From positions 1,364,001-1,428,000 of the forward strand of contig OZ176050.1 of NCBI GenBank assembly GCA_964247055.1: a stretch of 64,000 nt of DNA, written 5' to 3'. Position 1 is the stretch's first letter, and every line of letters starts with the position of its first letter. Source of the DNA: Paragordius varius. Its lineage: Eukaryota; Animalia; Nematomorpha. The translations under genes were made by a program, and so were the position numbers. Positions 13,201-26,548 of this stretch are shown here, piece after piece. Below the pieces are notes generated by a model, which worked only from the letters and a program-made list of their open reading frames with translations, searched no databases and was not told the origin of the DNA.

Positions 13201-14744
13201 ACTTTAAAAATTAATGTGTTAAACTAGTCGCATGAATACTCAAATTAAACTTTGTCCTTAAAATCGGATATTGGTCACCGGTGAACAAAATTTTTTTTTA
13301 CATACTCTTAGCAAGACTACATCAAAATATAGAGATAGTTTGACAAACTCTTTCATATCCGATTTTTACAACGATACTTTAAAAATTAATGTATAAAACT
13401 TGTCGTATCAATAAATCGCATCAATACTCAAGTTAAACTTTGTCCTTAAAAATCGGATATTGGTCACCGGTGAACAAAATTATTTTTTATAAATTCTCTT
13501 AGTAAGACTACATCAAAATATAGAGATAGTTTGACAAACTCTTTCATATCCGATTTTTACAACGATACTTTAAAAATTAATGTATTAAACTAGTCGCATC
13601 AATACTCAAGTTAAACTTTGTCCTTAAAAATCGGATATTGGTCACCGGTGAACAAAATTATTTTTTATAAATTCTCTTAGTAAGACTACATCAAAATATA
13701 GAGATAGTTTGACAAACTCTTTCATATCCGATTTTTACAACGATACTTTAAAAATTAATGTATTAAATTAGTCGCATCAATACTCAAGTTAAACTTTGTC
13801 CTTAAAAATCGGATATTGGTCACCGGTGAACAAAATTATTTTTTATACATTCTCTTAGTAGGACTACATCAAAATATAGAGATAGTTTGGCAAACTCTTT
13901 CATATCCGATTTTTACAACGATACTTTAAAAATTAATGTATAAAACTAGTCGCATCAATATTCAAGTTAAACTTGGTCCTTAAAAATCGAATATTGGTCA
14001 CCGGTGAACAAAATAATTTTTTATACATTCTCTTAGTAAGACTACATCAAAATATAGAGATAGTTTGACAAACTCTTTCATATCCGATTTTTACAACGAT
14101 ACTTAAAAAATTAATGTGTTAAACTAGTCGCATCAATACTCAAGTTAAACTTTGTCCTTAAAAATCGGATATTGGTCACCGATGAACAAAATTAATTTTT
14201 ATACATTCTCTTAGGAAGACTACATCAAAATATAGAGATAGTTTGACAAACTCTTTCATATCCGATTTTTACAACGATACTTTAAAAATTAATGTATAAA
14301 ACTAGTCGCATCAATACTCAAGTTAAACTTTGTCCTTAAAAATCGGATATTGATCACCGGTGAACAAAATTATTTTTTATACATTCTCTTAGTAAGACTA
14401 CATCAAATTATAGAGATAGTTTGACAAACTCTTTCATATCCGATTTTTACAACTATACTTTAAAAATTAATGTATTAAACTAGTCGCATCAATACTCAAG
14501 GTAAACTTTGTCCTTAAAAATCGGATATTGGTCACCGGTGAACAAAATAATTTTTTATACATTCTCTTAGTAAGACTACAGCAAAATATAGATTTAGTTT
14601 GACAAACTCTTTCATATCCGATTTTTACAACGATACTTTAAAATTAATGTATTAAACTAGTCGCATCAATACTCAAGTTAAACTTTGTCCTTAAAAATCG
14701 GATATTGGTCACCGGTGAACAAAATTATTTTTTATACATTCTCT
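10271..14744 (+). repeat. 13-mer/12-mer tandem duplication (10271-12600 and 12601-14744)
   Basis: The private variant GTCTTTAAAAAT and the TAGTAGG monomer start both recur at offset 2330. The second copy is one monomer shorter. Confidence 0.85.
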
Positions 14745-17700
14745 TAGTAAGACTACATCAAAATATAGAGATAGTTTGGCAAACTCTTTCATATCCGATT
14801 TTTACAACGATACTTTAAAAATTAATGTATAAAACTAGTCGCATCAATATTCAAGTTAAACTTGGTCCTTAAAAATCGAATATTGGTCACCGGTGAACAA
14901 AATAATTTTTTATACATTCTCTTAGTAAGACTACATCAAAATATAGAGATAGTTTGACAAACTCTTTCATATCCGATTTTTACAACGATACTTAAAAAAT
15001 TAATGTGTTAAACTAGTCGCATCAATACTCAAGTTAAACTTTGTCCTTAAAAATCGGATATTGGTCACCGATGAACAAAATTAATTTTTATACATTCTCT
15101 TAGCAAGACTACATCAAAATATAGAGATAGTTTGACAAACTCTTTCATATCCGATTTTTACAACGATACTTTAAAAATTAATGTATAAAACTAGTCGCAT
15201 CAATACTCAAGTTAAACTTTGTCCTTAAAAATCGGATATTGATCACCGGTGAACAAAATTATTTTTTATACATTCTCTTAGTAAGACTACATCAAATTAT
15301 AGAGATAGTTTGACAAACTCTTTCATATCCGATTTTTACAACGATACTTTAAAAATTAATGTATTAAACTAGTCGCATCAATACTCAAGGTAAACTTTGT
15401 CCTTAAAAATCGGATATTGGTCACCGGTGAACAAAATAATTTTTTATACATTCTCTTAGTAAGACTACAGCAAAATATAGATTTAGTTTGACAAACTCTT
15501 TCATATCCGATTTTTACAACGATACTTTAAAATTAATGTATTAAACTAGTCGCATCAATACTCAAGTTAAACTTTGTCCTTAAAAATCGGATATTGGTCA
15601 CCGGTGAACAAAATAATTTTAGATACATTCTCTTAGTAAGACTACATCAAATTATAGAGATAGTTTGACAAACTCTTTCATATCCGATTTTTACAACGAT
15701 ACTTTAAAAATTAATGTATTAAACTAGTCGCATCAATACTCAAGGTAAACTTTGTCCTTAAAAATCGGATATTGGTCACCGGTGAACAAAATAATTTTTT
15801 ATACATTCTCTTAGTAAGACTACAGCAAAATATAGATTTAGTTTGACAAACTCTTTCATATCCGATTTTTACAACGATACTTTAAAATTAATGTATTAAA
15901 CTAGTCGCATCAATACTCAAGTTAAACTTTGTCCTTAAAAATCGGATATTGGTCACCGGTGAACAAAATAATTTTTTATACATTCTCTTAGTAAGACTAC
16001 ATCAAATATAGAGATAGTTTGACAAACTCTTTCATATCCGATTTTTACAACGATACTTTAAAAATTAATGTATAAAACTAGTCGCATCAATACTCAAGTT
16101 AAACTTTGTCCTTAAAAATCGGATATTGATCACCGGTGAACAAAATTATTTTTTATACATTCTCTTAGTAAGACTACATCAAAATATAGAAATAGTTTGA
16201 CAAACTCTTTCATATCCGATTTTTACAACGATACTTTAAAATTAATGTATTAAACTAGTCGCATCAATACTCAAGTTAAACTTTGTCCTTAAAAATCGGA
16301 TATTGGTCACCGGTCAAAATAATTTTTTATACATTCTCTTAGTAAGACTACATCAAAATATAGAGATAGTTTGGCAAACTCTTTCATATCCGATTTTTAC
16401 AACGATACTTTAAAAATTAATGTATTAAACTAGTCGCATCAATACTCAAGTTAAACTTTGTCCTTAAAAATCGGATATTGGTCACCGGTGAACAAAATTA
16501 TTTTTTATACATTCTCTTAGTAGGACTACATCAAAATATAGAGATAGTTTGGCAAACTCTTTCATATCCGATTTTTACAACGATACTTTAAAAATTAATG
16601 TATAAAACTAGTCGCATCAATATTCAAGTTAAACTTGGTCCTTAAAAATCGAATATTGGTCACCGGTGAACAAAATAATTTTTTATACATTCTCTTAGTA
16701 AGACTACATCAAAATATAGAGATAGTTTGACAAACTCTTTCATATCCGATTTTTACAACGATACTTAAAAAATTAATGTGTTAAACTAGTCGCATCAATA
16801 CTCAAGTTAAACTTTGTCCTTAAAAATCGGATATTGGTCACCGATGAACAAAATTAATTTTTATACATTCTCTTAGCAAGACTACATCAAAATATAGAGA
16901 TAGTTTGACAAACTCTTTCATATCCGATTTTTACAACGATACTTTAAAAATTAATGTATAAAACTAGTCGCATCAATACTCAAGTTAAACTTTGTCCTTA
17001 AAAATCGGATATTGATCACCGGTGAACAAAATTATTTTTTATACATTCTCTTAGTAAGACTACATCAAATTATAGAGATAGTTTGACAAACTCTTTCATA
17101 TCCGATTTTTACAACGATACTTTAAAAATTAATGTATTAAACTAGTCGCATCAATACTCAAGGTAAACTTTGTCCTTAAAAATCGGATATTGGTCACCGG
17201 TGAACAAAATAATTTTTTATACATTCTCTTAGTAAGACTACAGCAAAATATAGATTTAGTTTGACAAACTCTTTCATATCCGATTTTTACAACGATACTT
17301 TAAAATTAATGTATTAAACTAGTCGCATCAATACTCAAGTTAAACTTTGTCCTTAAAAATCGGATATTGGTCACCGGTGAACAAAATAATTTTAGATACA
17401 TTCTCTTAGTAAGACTACATCAAATTATAGAGATAGTTTGACAAACTCTTTCATATCCGATTTTTACAACGATACTTTAAAAATTAATGTATTAAACTAG
17501 TCGCATCAATACTCAAGGTAAACTTTGTCCTTAAAAATCGGATATTGGTCACCGGTGAACAAAATAATTTTTTATACATTCTCTTAGTAAGACTACAGCA
17601 AAATATAGATTTAGTTTGACAAACTCTTTCATATCCGATTTTTACAACGATACTTTAAAATTAATGTATTAAACTAGTCGCATCAATACTCAAGTTAAAC

Positions 17701-18291
17701 TTTGTCCTTAAAAATCGGATATTGGTCACCGGTGAACAAAATAATTTTTTATACATGCTCTTAGTAAGACTACATCAAAATATAGAGATAGTTTGACAAA
17801 CTCTTTCATATCCGATTTTTACAACGATACTTTAAAAATTAATGTATAAAACTAGTCGCATCAATACTCAAGTTAAACTTTGTCCTTAAAAATCGGATAT
17901 TGATCACCGGTGAACAAAATTATTTTTTATACATTCTCTTAGTAAGACTACATCAAAATATAGAAATAGTTTGACAAACTCTTTCATATCCGATTTTTAC
18001 AACGATACTTTAAAATTAATGTATTAAACTAGTCGCATCAATACTCAAGTTAAACTTTGTCCTTAAAAATCGGATATTGGTCACCGGTCAAAATAATTTT
18101 TTATACATTCTCTTAGTAAGACTACATCAAAATATAGAGATAGTTTGGCAAACTCTTTCATATCCGATTTTTACAACGATACTTCAAAAATTAATGTATT
18201 AAACTAGTCGCATCAATACTCAAGTTAAACTTTGTCCTTAAAAATCGGATATTGGTCACCGGTGAACAAAATTATTTTTTATACATTCTCT
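14745..18291 (+). repeat. 10-mer tandem duplication (~1773 bp) built on a 5-mer (~889 bp) core
   Basis: TTTTAGATACATT (15621, 17394) and CTTAAAAAATTAATGTGTT (14991, 16764) both recur at offset 1773. The latter also recurs at offset 889 (14102 to 14991). Confidence 0.88.
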
Positions 18292-21200
18292 TAGTAAGAC
18301 TACATCAAAATATAGAGATAGTTTGACAAACTCTTTCATATCCGATTTTTACAACGATACTTAAAAAATTAATGTGTTAAACTAGTCGCATCAATACTCA
18401 AGTTAAACTTTGTCCTTAAAAATCGGATATTGGTCACCGATGAACAAAATTAATTTTTATACATTCTCTTAGCAAGACTACATCAAAATATAGAGATAGT
18501 TTGACAAACTCTTTCATATCCGATTTTTACAACGATACTTTAAAAATTAATGTATAAAACTAGTCGCATCAATACTCAAGTTAAACTTTGTCCTTAAAAA
18601 TCGGATATTGATCACCGGTGAACAAAATTATTTTTTATACATTCTCTTAGTAAGACTACATCAAATTATAGAGATAGTTTGACAAACTCTTTCATATCCG
18701 ATTTTTACAACGATACTTTAAAATTAATGTATTAAACTAGTCGCATCAATACTCAAGTTAAACTTTGTCCTTAAAAATCGGATATTGGTCACCGGTGAAC
18801 AAAATAATTTTAGATACATTCTCTAAGTAAGACTACATCAAAATATAGAAATAGTTTGACAAACTCTTTCATATCCGATTTTTACAACGATACTTTAAAA
18901 TTAATGTATTAAACTAGTCGCATCAATACTCAAGTTAAACTTTGTCCTTAAAAATCGGATATTGGTCACCGGTCAAAATAATTTTTTATACATTCTCTTA
19001 GTAAGACTACATCAAAATATAGAGATAGTTTGGCAAACTCTTTCATATCCGATTTTTACAACGATACTTCAAAAATTAATGTATTAAACTAGTCGCATCA
19101 ATACTCAAGTTAAACTTTGTCCTTAAAAATCGGATATTGGTCACCGGTGAACAAAATTATTTTTTATACATTCTCTTAGTAAGACTACATCAAAATATAG
19201 AGATAGTTTGACAAACTCTTTCATATCCGATTTTTACAACGATACTTAAAAAATTAATGTGTTAAACTAGTCGCATCAATACTCAAGTTAAACTTTGTCC
19301 TTAAAAATCGGATATTGGTCACCGATGAACAAAATTAATTTTTATACATTCTCTTAGCAAGACTACATCAAAATATAGAGATAGTTTGACAAACTCTTTC
19401 ATATCCGATTTTTACAACGATACTTTAAAATTAATGTATTAAACTAGTCGCATCAATACTCAAGTTAAACTTTGTCCTTAAAAATCGGATATTGGTCACC
19501 GGTGAACAAAATAATTTTTTATACATTCTCTTAGTAAGACTACAGCAAAATATAGATTTAGTTTGACAAACTCTTTCATATCCGATTTTTACAACGATAC
19601 TTTAAAATTAATGTATTAAACTAGTCGCATCAATACTCAAGTTAAACTTTGTCCTTAAAAATCGGATATTGGTCACCGGTGAACAAAATAATTTTAGATA
19701 CATTCTCTTAGTAAGACTACATCAAATTATAGAGATAGTTTGACAAACTCTTTCATATCCGATTTTTACAACGATACTTTAAAAATTAATGTATTAAACT
19801 AGTCGCATCAATACTCAAGGTAAACTTTGTCCTTAAAAATCGGATATTGGTCACCGGTGAACAAAATAATTTTTTATACATTCTCTTAGTAAGACTACAG
19901 CAAAATATAGATTTAGTTTGACAAACTCTTTCATATCCGATTTTTACAACGATACTTTAAAATTAATGTATTAAACTAGTCGCATCAATCAAGTTAAACT
20001 TTGTCCTTAAAAATCGGATATTGGTCACCGGTGAACAAAATAATTTTTTATACATTCTCTTAGTAAGACTACATCAAAATATAGAGATAGTTTGACAAAC
20101 TCTTTCATATCCGATTTTTACAACGATACTTTAAAAATTAATGTATAAAACTAGTCGCATCAATACTCAAGTTAAACTTTGTCCTTAAAAATCGGATATT
20201 GATCACCGGTGAACAAAATTATTTTTTATACATTCTCTTAGTAAGACTACATCAAAATATAGAAATAGTTTGACAAACTCTTTCATATCCGATTTTTACA
20301 ACGATACTTTAAAATTAATGTATTAAACTAGTCGCATCAATACTCAAGTTAAACTTTGTCCTTAAAAATCGGATATTGGTCACCGGTCAAAATAATTTTT
20401 TATACATTCTCTTAGTAAGACTACATCAAAATATAGAGATAGTTTGGCAAACTCTTTCATATCCGATTTTTACAACGATACTTTAAAAATTAATGTATTA
20501 AACTAGTCGCATCAATACTCAAGTTAAACTTTGTCCTTAAAAATCGGATATTGGTCACCGGTGAACAAAATTATTTTTTATACATTCTCTCAGTAAGACT
20601 ACATCAAAATATAGAGATAGTTTGACAAACTCTTTCATATCCGATTTTTACAACGATACTTAAAAAATTAATGTGTTAAACTAGTCGCATCAATACTCAA
20701 GTTAAACTTTGTCCTTAAAAATCGGATATTGGTCACCGATGAACAAAATTAATTTTTATACATTCTCTTAGCAAGACTACATCAAAATATAGACATAGTT
20801 TGACAAACTCTTTCATATCCGATTTTTACAACGATACTTTAAAAATTAATGTATAAAACTAGTCGCATCAATACTCAAGTTAAACTTTGTCCTTAAAAAT
20901 CGGATATTGATCACCGGTGAACAAAATTATTTTTTATACATTCTCTTAGTAAGACTACATCAAATTATAGAGATAGTTTGACAAACTCTTTCATATCCGA
21001 TTTTTACAACGATACTTTAAAAATTAATGTATTAAACTAGTCGCATCAATACTCAAGGTAAACTTTGTCCTTAAAAATCGGATATTGGTCACCGGTGAAC
21101 AAAATAATTTTTTATACATTCTCTTAGTAAGACTACAGCAAAATATAGATTTAGTTTGACAAACTCTTTCATATCCGATTTTTATAACGATACTTTAAAA

Positions 21201-22573
21201 TTAATGTATTAAACTAGTCGCATCAATACTCAAGTTAAACTTTGTCATTAAAAATCGGATATTGGTCACCGGTGAACAAAATAATTTTTTATACATTCTC
21301 TTAGTAAGACTACATCAAAATATAGAGATAGTTTGACAAACTCTTTCATATCCGATTTTTACAACGATACTTTAAAAATTAATGTATAAAACTAGTCGCA
21401 TAAATACTCAAGTTAAACTTTGTCCTTAAAAATCGGATATTGATCACCGGTGAACAAAATTATTTTTTATACATTCTCTTAGTAAGACTACATCAAATTA
21501 TAGAGATAGTTTGACAAACTCTTTCATATCCGATTTTTACAACGATACTTTAAAAATTAATGTATTAAACTAGTCGCATCAATACTCAAGTTAAACTTTG
21601 TCCTTAAAAATCGGATATTGGTCACCGGTGAACAAAATTATTTTTTATACATTCTCTTAGTAAGACTACATCAAAATATAGAGATAGTTTGACAAACTCT
21701 TTCATATCCGATTTTTACAACGATACTTAAAAAATTAATGTGTTAAACTAGTCGCATCAATACTCAAGTTAAACTTTGTCCTTAAAAATCGGATATTGGT
21801 CACCGATGAACAAAATTAATTTTTATACATTCTCTTAGCAAGACTACATCAAAATATAGAGATAGTTTGACAAACTCTTTCATATCCGATTTTTACAACG
21901 ATACTTTAAAAATTAATGTATAAAACTAGTCGCATCAATACTCAAGTTAAACTTTGTCCTTAAAAATCGGATATTGATCACCGGTGAACAAAATTATTTT
22001 TTATACATTCTCTTAGTAAGACTACATCAAATTATAGAGATAGTTTGACAAACTCTTTCATATCCGATTTTTACAACGATACTTTAAAAATTAATGTATT
22101 AAACTAGTCGCATCAATACTCAAGGTAAACTTTGTCCTTAAAAATCGGATATTGGTCACCGGTGAACAAAATAATTTTTTATACATTCTCTTAGTAAGAC
22201 TACAGCAAAATATAGATTTAGTTTGACAAACTCTTTCATATCCGATTTTTACAACGATACTTTAAAAATTAATGTATTAAACTAGTCGCATCAATACTCA
22301 AGTTAAACTTTGTCCTTAAAAATCGGATATTGGTCACCGGTGAACAAAATAATTTTTTATACATTCTCTTAGTAAGACTACATCAAAATATAGAGATAGT
22401 TTGACAAACTCTTTTATATCCGATTTTTACAACGATACTTTATAAATTAATGTATAAAACTAGTCGTATCAATAAGTCGTATCAATAAGTCGCATCAATA
22501 CTCAAGTTAAACTTTGTCCTTAAAAATCGGATATTGGTCACCGGTGAACAAAATTATTTTTTATGCATTCTCT

Positions 22574-25500
22574 TAGTAGGACTACATCAAAATATAGAGA
22601 TAGTTTGAGAAACTCTTTCATATCCGATTTTTACAACGATACTTTAAAAATTAATGTATAAAACTAGTCGCATCAATACTCAAGTTAAACTTTGTCCTTA
22701 AAAATCGGATATTGATCACCGGTGAACAAAATTATTTTTTATACATTCTCTTAGTAAGACTACATCAAAATATAGAGATAGTTTGACAAACTCTTTCATA
22801 TCCGATTTTTACAACGATACTTTAAAAATTAATGTATAAAACTAGTCGCATCAATACTCAAGTTAAACTTTGTCCTTAAAAATCGGATATTGATCACCGG
22901 TGAACAAAATTATTTTTTATACATTCTCTTAGTAAGACTACATCAAATTATAGAGATAGTTTGACAAACTCTTTCATATCCGATTTTTACAACGATACTT
23001 TAAAAATTAATGTATTAAACTAGTCGCATCAATACTCAAGTTAAACTTTGTCCTTAAAAATCGGATATTGTTCACCGGTGAACAAAATAATTTTTTATAC
23101 ATTCTCTTAGTAAGACTACAGCAAAATATAGATTTAGTTTGACAAACTCTTTCATATCCGATTTTTACAACGATACTTTAAAATTAATGTATTAAACTAG
23201 TCGCATCAATACTCAAGTTAAACTTTGTCCTTAAAAATCGGATATTGGTCACCGGTGAACAAAATAATTTTTTATACATTCTCTTAGTAAGACTACATCA
23301 AAATATAGAGATAGTTTGACAAACTCTTTCATATCCGATTTTTACAACGATACTTTAAAAATTAATGTATAAAACTTGTCGTATCAATAAATCGCATCAA
23401 TACTCAAGTTAAACTTTGTCCTTAAAAATCGGATATTGGTCACCGGTGAACAAAATTATTTTTTATACATTCTCTTAGTAAGACTACATCAAAATATAGA
23501 GATAGTTTGACAAACTCTTTCATATCCGATTTTTACAACGATATTTAAAAATTAATGTATTAAACTAGTCGCATCAATAGTCAAGCTAAACATTGTCCTT
23601 AAAAATCGGATATTTGTCACCGGTGAACAAAATTATTTTTTATACATTCTCTTAGTAGGACTACATCAAAATATAGAGATAGTTTGGCAAACTCTTTCAT
23701 AATCGATTTTTACAACGATACTTTAAAAATTAATGTATAAAACTAGACGCATCAATACTCAAGTTAAACTTTGTCCTTAAAAATCAAATATTGCTCACCG
23801 GTGAACAAAATTATTTTTTATACATTCTCTTAGTAAGACTACATCAAAATATAGAAATAGTTTGACAAATTCTTTCATATCCGATTTTTACAACGATACT
23901 TTAAAAATTAATGTATTAAACTAGTCGCATCAATACTCAAGCTAAACATTGTCCTTAAAAATCGGATATTGGTCACCGGTGAACAAAACTATTTTTTATA
24001 CATTCTCTTAGTAAGACTACATCAAAATATAGAAATAGTTTGACAAACTCTTTCATATCCGATTTTTACAACGATAGTTTAAAAATTAATGTATAAAACT
24101 AGTCGTATCAATAAATCGCATCAATACTCAAGTTAAACTTTGTCCCTAAAAATCGGATATTGGTCACAGGTGAACAAAATTATTTTTTATACATTCTCTT
24201 AGCAAGACTACATCAAAATAAGAGATAGTTTGACAAACTCTTTTATATCCGATTTTTACAACGATACTTTAAAAATTATGGTATTAAACCAGTCGCATCA
24301 ATACTCAAGTTAAACTTTGTCCTTATTAATCGGATATTGGTCACCGGTGAACAAAATTATTTTTTATGCATTCTCTTAGTAGGACTACATCAAAATATAG
24401 AGATAGTTTGAGAAACTCTTTCATATCCGATTTTTACAACGATACTTTAAAAATTAATGTATAAAACTAGTCGCATCAATACTCAAGTTAAACTTTGTCC
24501 TTAAAAATCGGATATTGATCACCGGTGAACAAAATTATTTTTTATACATTCTCTTAGTAAGACTACATCAAAATATAGAGATAGTTTGACAAACTCTTTC
24601 ATATCCGATTTTTACAACGATACTTTAAAAATTAATGTATAAAACTAGTCGCATCAATACTCAAGTTAAACTTTGTCCTTAAAAATCGGATATTGATCAC
24701 CGGTGAACAAAATTATTTTTTATACATTCTCTTAGTAAGACTACATCAAATTATAGAGATAGTTTGACAAACTCTTTCATATCCGATTTTTACAACGATA
24801 CTTTAAAAATTAATGTATTAAACTAGTCGCATCAATACTCAAGTTAAACTTTGTCCTTAAAAATCGGATATTGGTCACCGGTGAACAAAATAATTTTTTA
24901 TACATTCTCTTAGTAAGACTACAGCAAAATATAGATTTAGTTTGACAAACTCTTTCATATCCGATTTTTACAACGATACTTTAAAATTAATGTATTAAAC
25001 TAGTCGCATCAATACTCAAGTTAAACTTTGTCCTTAAAAATCGGATATTGGTCACCGGTGAACAAAATAATTTTTTATACATTCTCTTAGTAAGACTACA
25101 GCAAAATATATAGATAGTTTGACAAACTCTTTCATATCCGATTTTTACAACGATACTTTAAAAATTAATGTATAAAACTTGTCGTATCAATATATCGCAT
25201 CAATACTCAAGTTAAACTTTGTCCTTAAAAATCGGATATTGGTCACCGGTGAACAAAATTATTTTTTAAACATTCTCTTAGTAGGACTACATCAAAATAT
25301 AGAGATAGTTTGACAAACTCTTTCATATCCGATTTTTACAACGATACTTTAAAAATTAATGTATAAAACTAGTCGCATCAATACTCAAGTTAAACTTTGT
25401 CCTTAAAAATCGGATATTGGTCACCGGTGATCAAAATAATTTTTTATACATTCTCTTAGTAAGACTACATCAAAATATAGAGATAGTTTGACAAACTCTT

Positions 25501-26548
25501 TCATATCCGATTTTTACAACGATACTTTAAAAATTAATGTATAAAACTTGTCGTATCAATAAATCGCATCAATACTCAAGTTAAACTTTGTCCTTAAAAA
25601 TCGGATATTGGTCACCGGTGAACAAAATTATTTTTTATACATTCTCTTAGTAAGACTACATCAAAATATAGAGATAGTTTGACAAACTCTTTCATATCCG
25701 ATTTTTACAACGATATTTAAAAATTAATGTATTAAACTAGTCGCATCAATAGTCAAGCTAAACATTGTCCTTAAAAATCGGATATTTGTCACCGGTGAAC
25801 AAAATTATTTTTTATACATTCTCTTAGTAGGACTACATCAAAATATAGAGATAGTTTGGCAAACTCTTTCATAATCGATTTTTACAACGATACTTTAAAA
25901 ATTAATGTATAAAACTAGACGCATCAATACTCAAGTTAAACTTTGTCCTTAAAAATCAAATATTGCTCACCGGTGAACAAAATTATTTTTTATACATTCT
26001 CTTAGTAAGACTACATCAAAATATAGAAATAGTTTGACAAATTCTTTCATATCCGATTTTTACAACGATACTTTAAAAATTAATGTATTAAACTAGTCGC
26101 ATCAATACTCAAGCTAAACATTGTCCTTAAAAATCGGATATTGGTCACCGGTGAACAAAACTATTTTTTATACATTCTCTTAGTAAGACTACATCAAAAT
26201 ATAGAAATAGTTTGACAAACTCTTTCATATCCGATTTTTACAACGATAGTTTAAAAATTAATGTATAAAACTAGTCGTATCAATAAATCGCATCAATACT
26301 CAAGTTAAACTTTGTCCCTAAAAATCGGATATTGGTCACCGGTGAACAAAATTATTTTTTATACATTCTCTTAGCAAGACTACATCAAAATAAGAGATAG
26401 TTTGACAAACTCTTTTATATCCGATTTTTACAACGATACTTTAAAAATTATGGTATTAAACCAGTCGCATCAATACTCAAGTTAAACTTTGTCCTTATTA
26501 ATCGGATATTGGTTACCGGTGAACAAAATGTTTTTTTATACCTTCTCT
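22574..26548 (+). repeat. Transition-zone tandem duplication: 10-mer (22574-24376) and 12-mer (24377-26548)
   Basis: GTTTGAGAAAC recurs at offset 1803 and TTCATAATCG at offset 2172. Each copy has left-type variants in its first half and right-type variants in its second half. Confidence 0.87.
24634..24728. other. Second intra-monomer inverted repeat, 11 bp (AATGTATAAAA ... TTTTATACATT), monomer offsets 80-90 and 164-174; example copy
   Basis: 24634-24644 is the reverse complement of 24718-24728. It is perfect in monomers with the TATAAAA allele and has one mismatch in monomers with the TATTAAA allele. Confidence 0.93.

Noticed and set aside
14205-14220. Telomeric TTAGG motif
   Set aside because: A single TTAGG created by one substitution in TTAGTAAG, with no tandem telomeric repeat.
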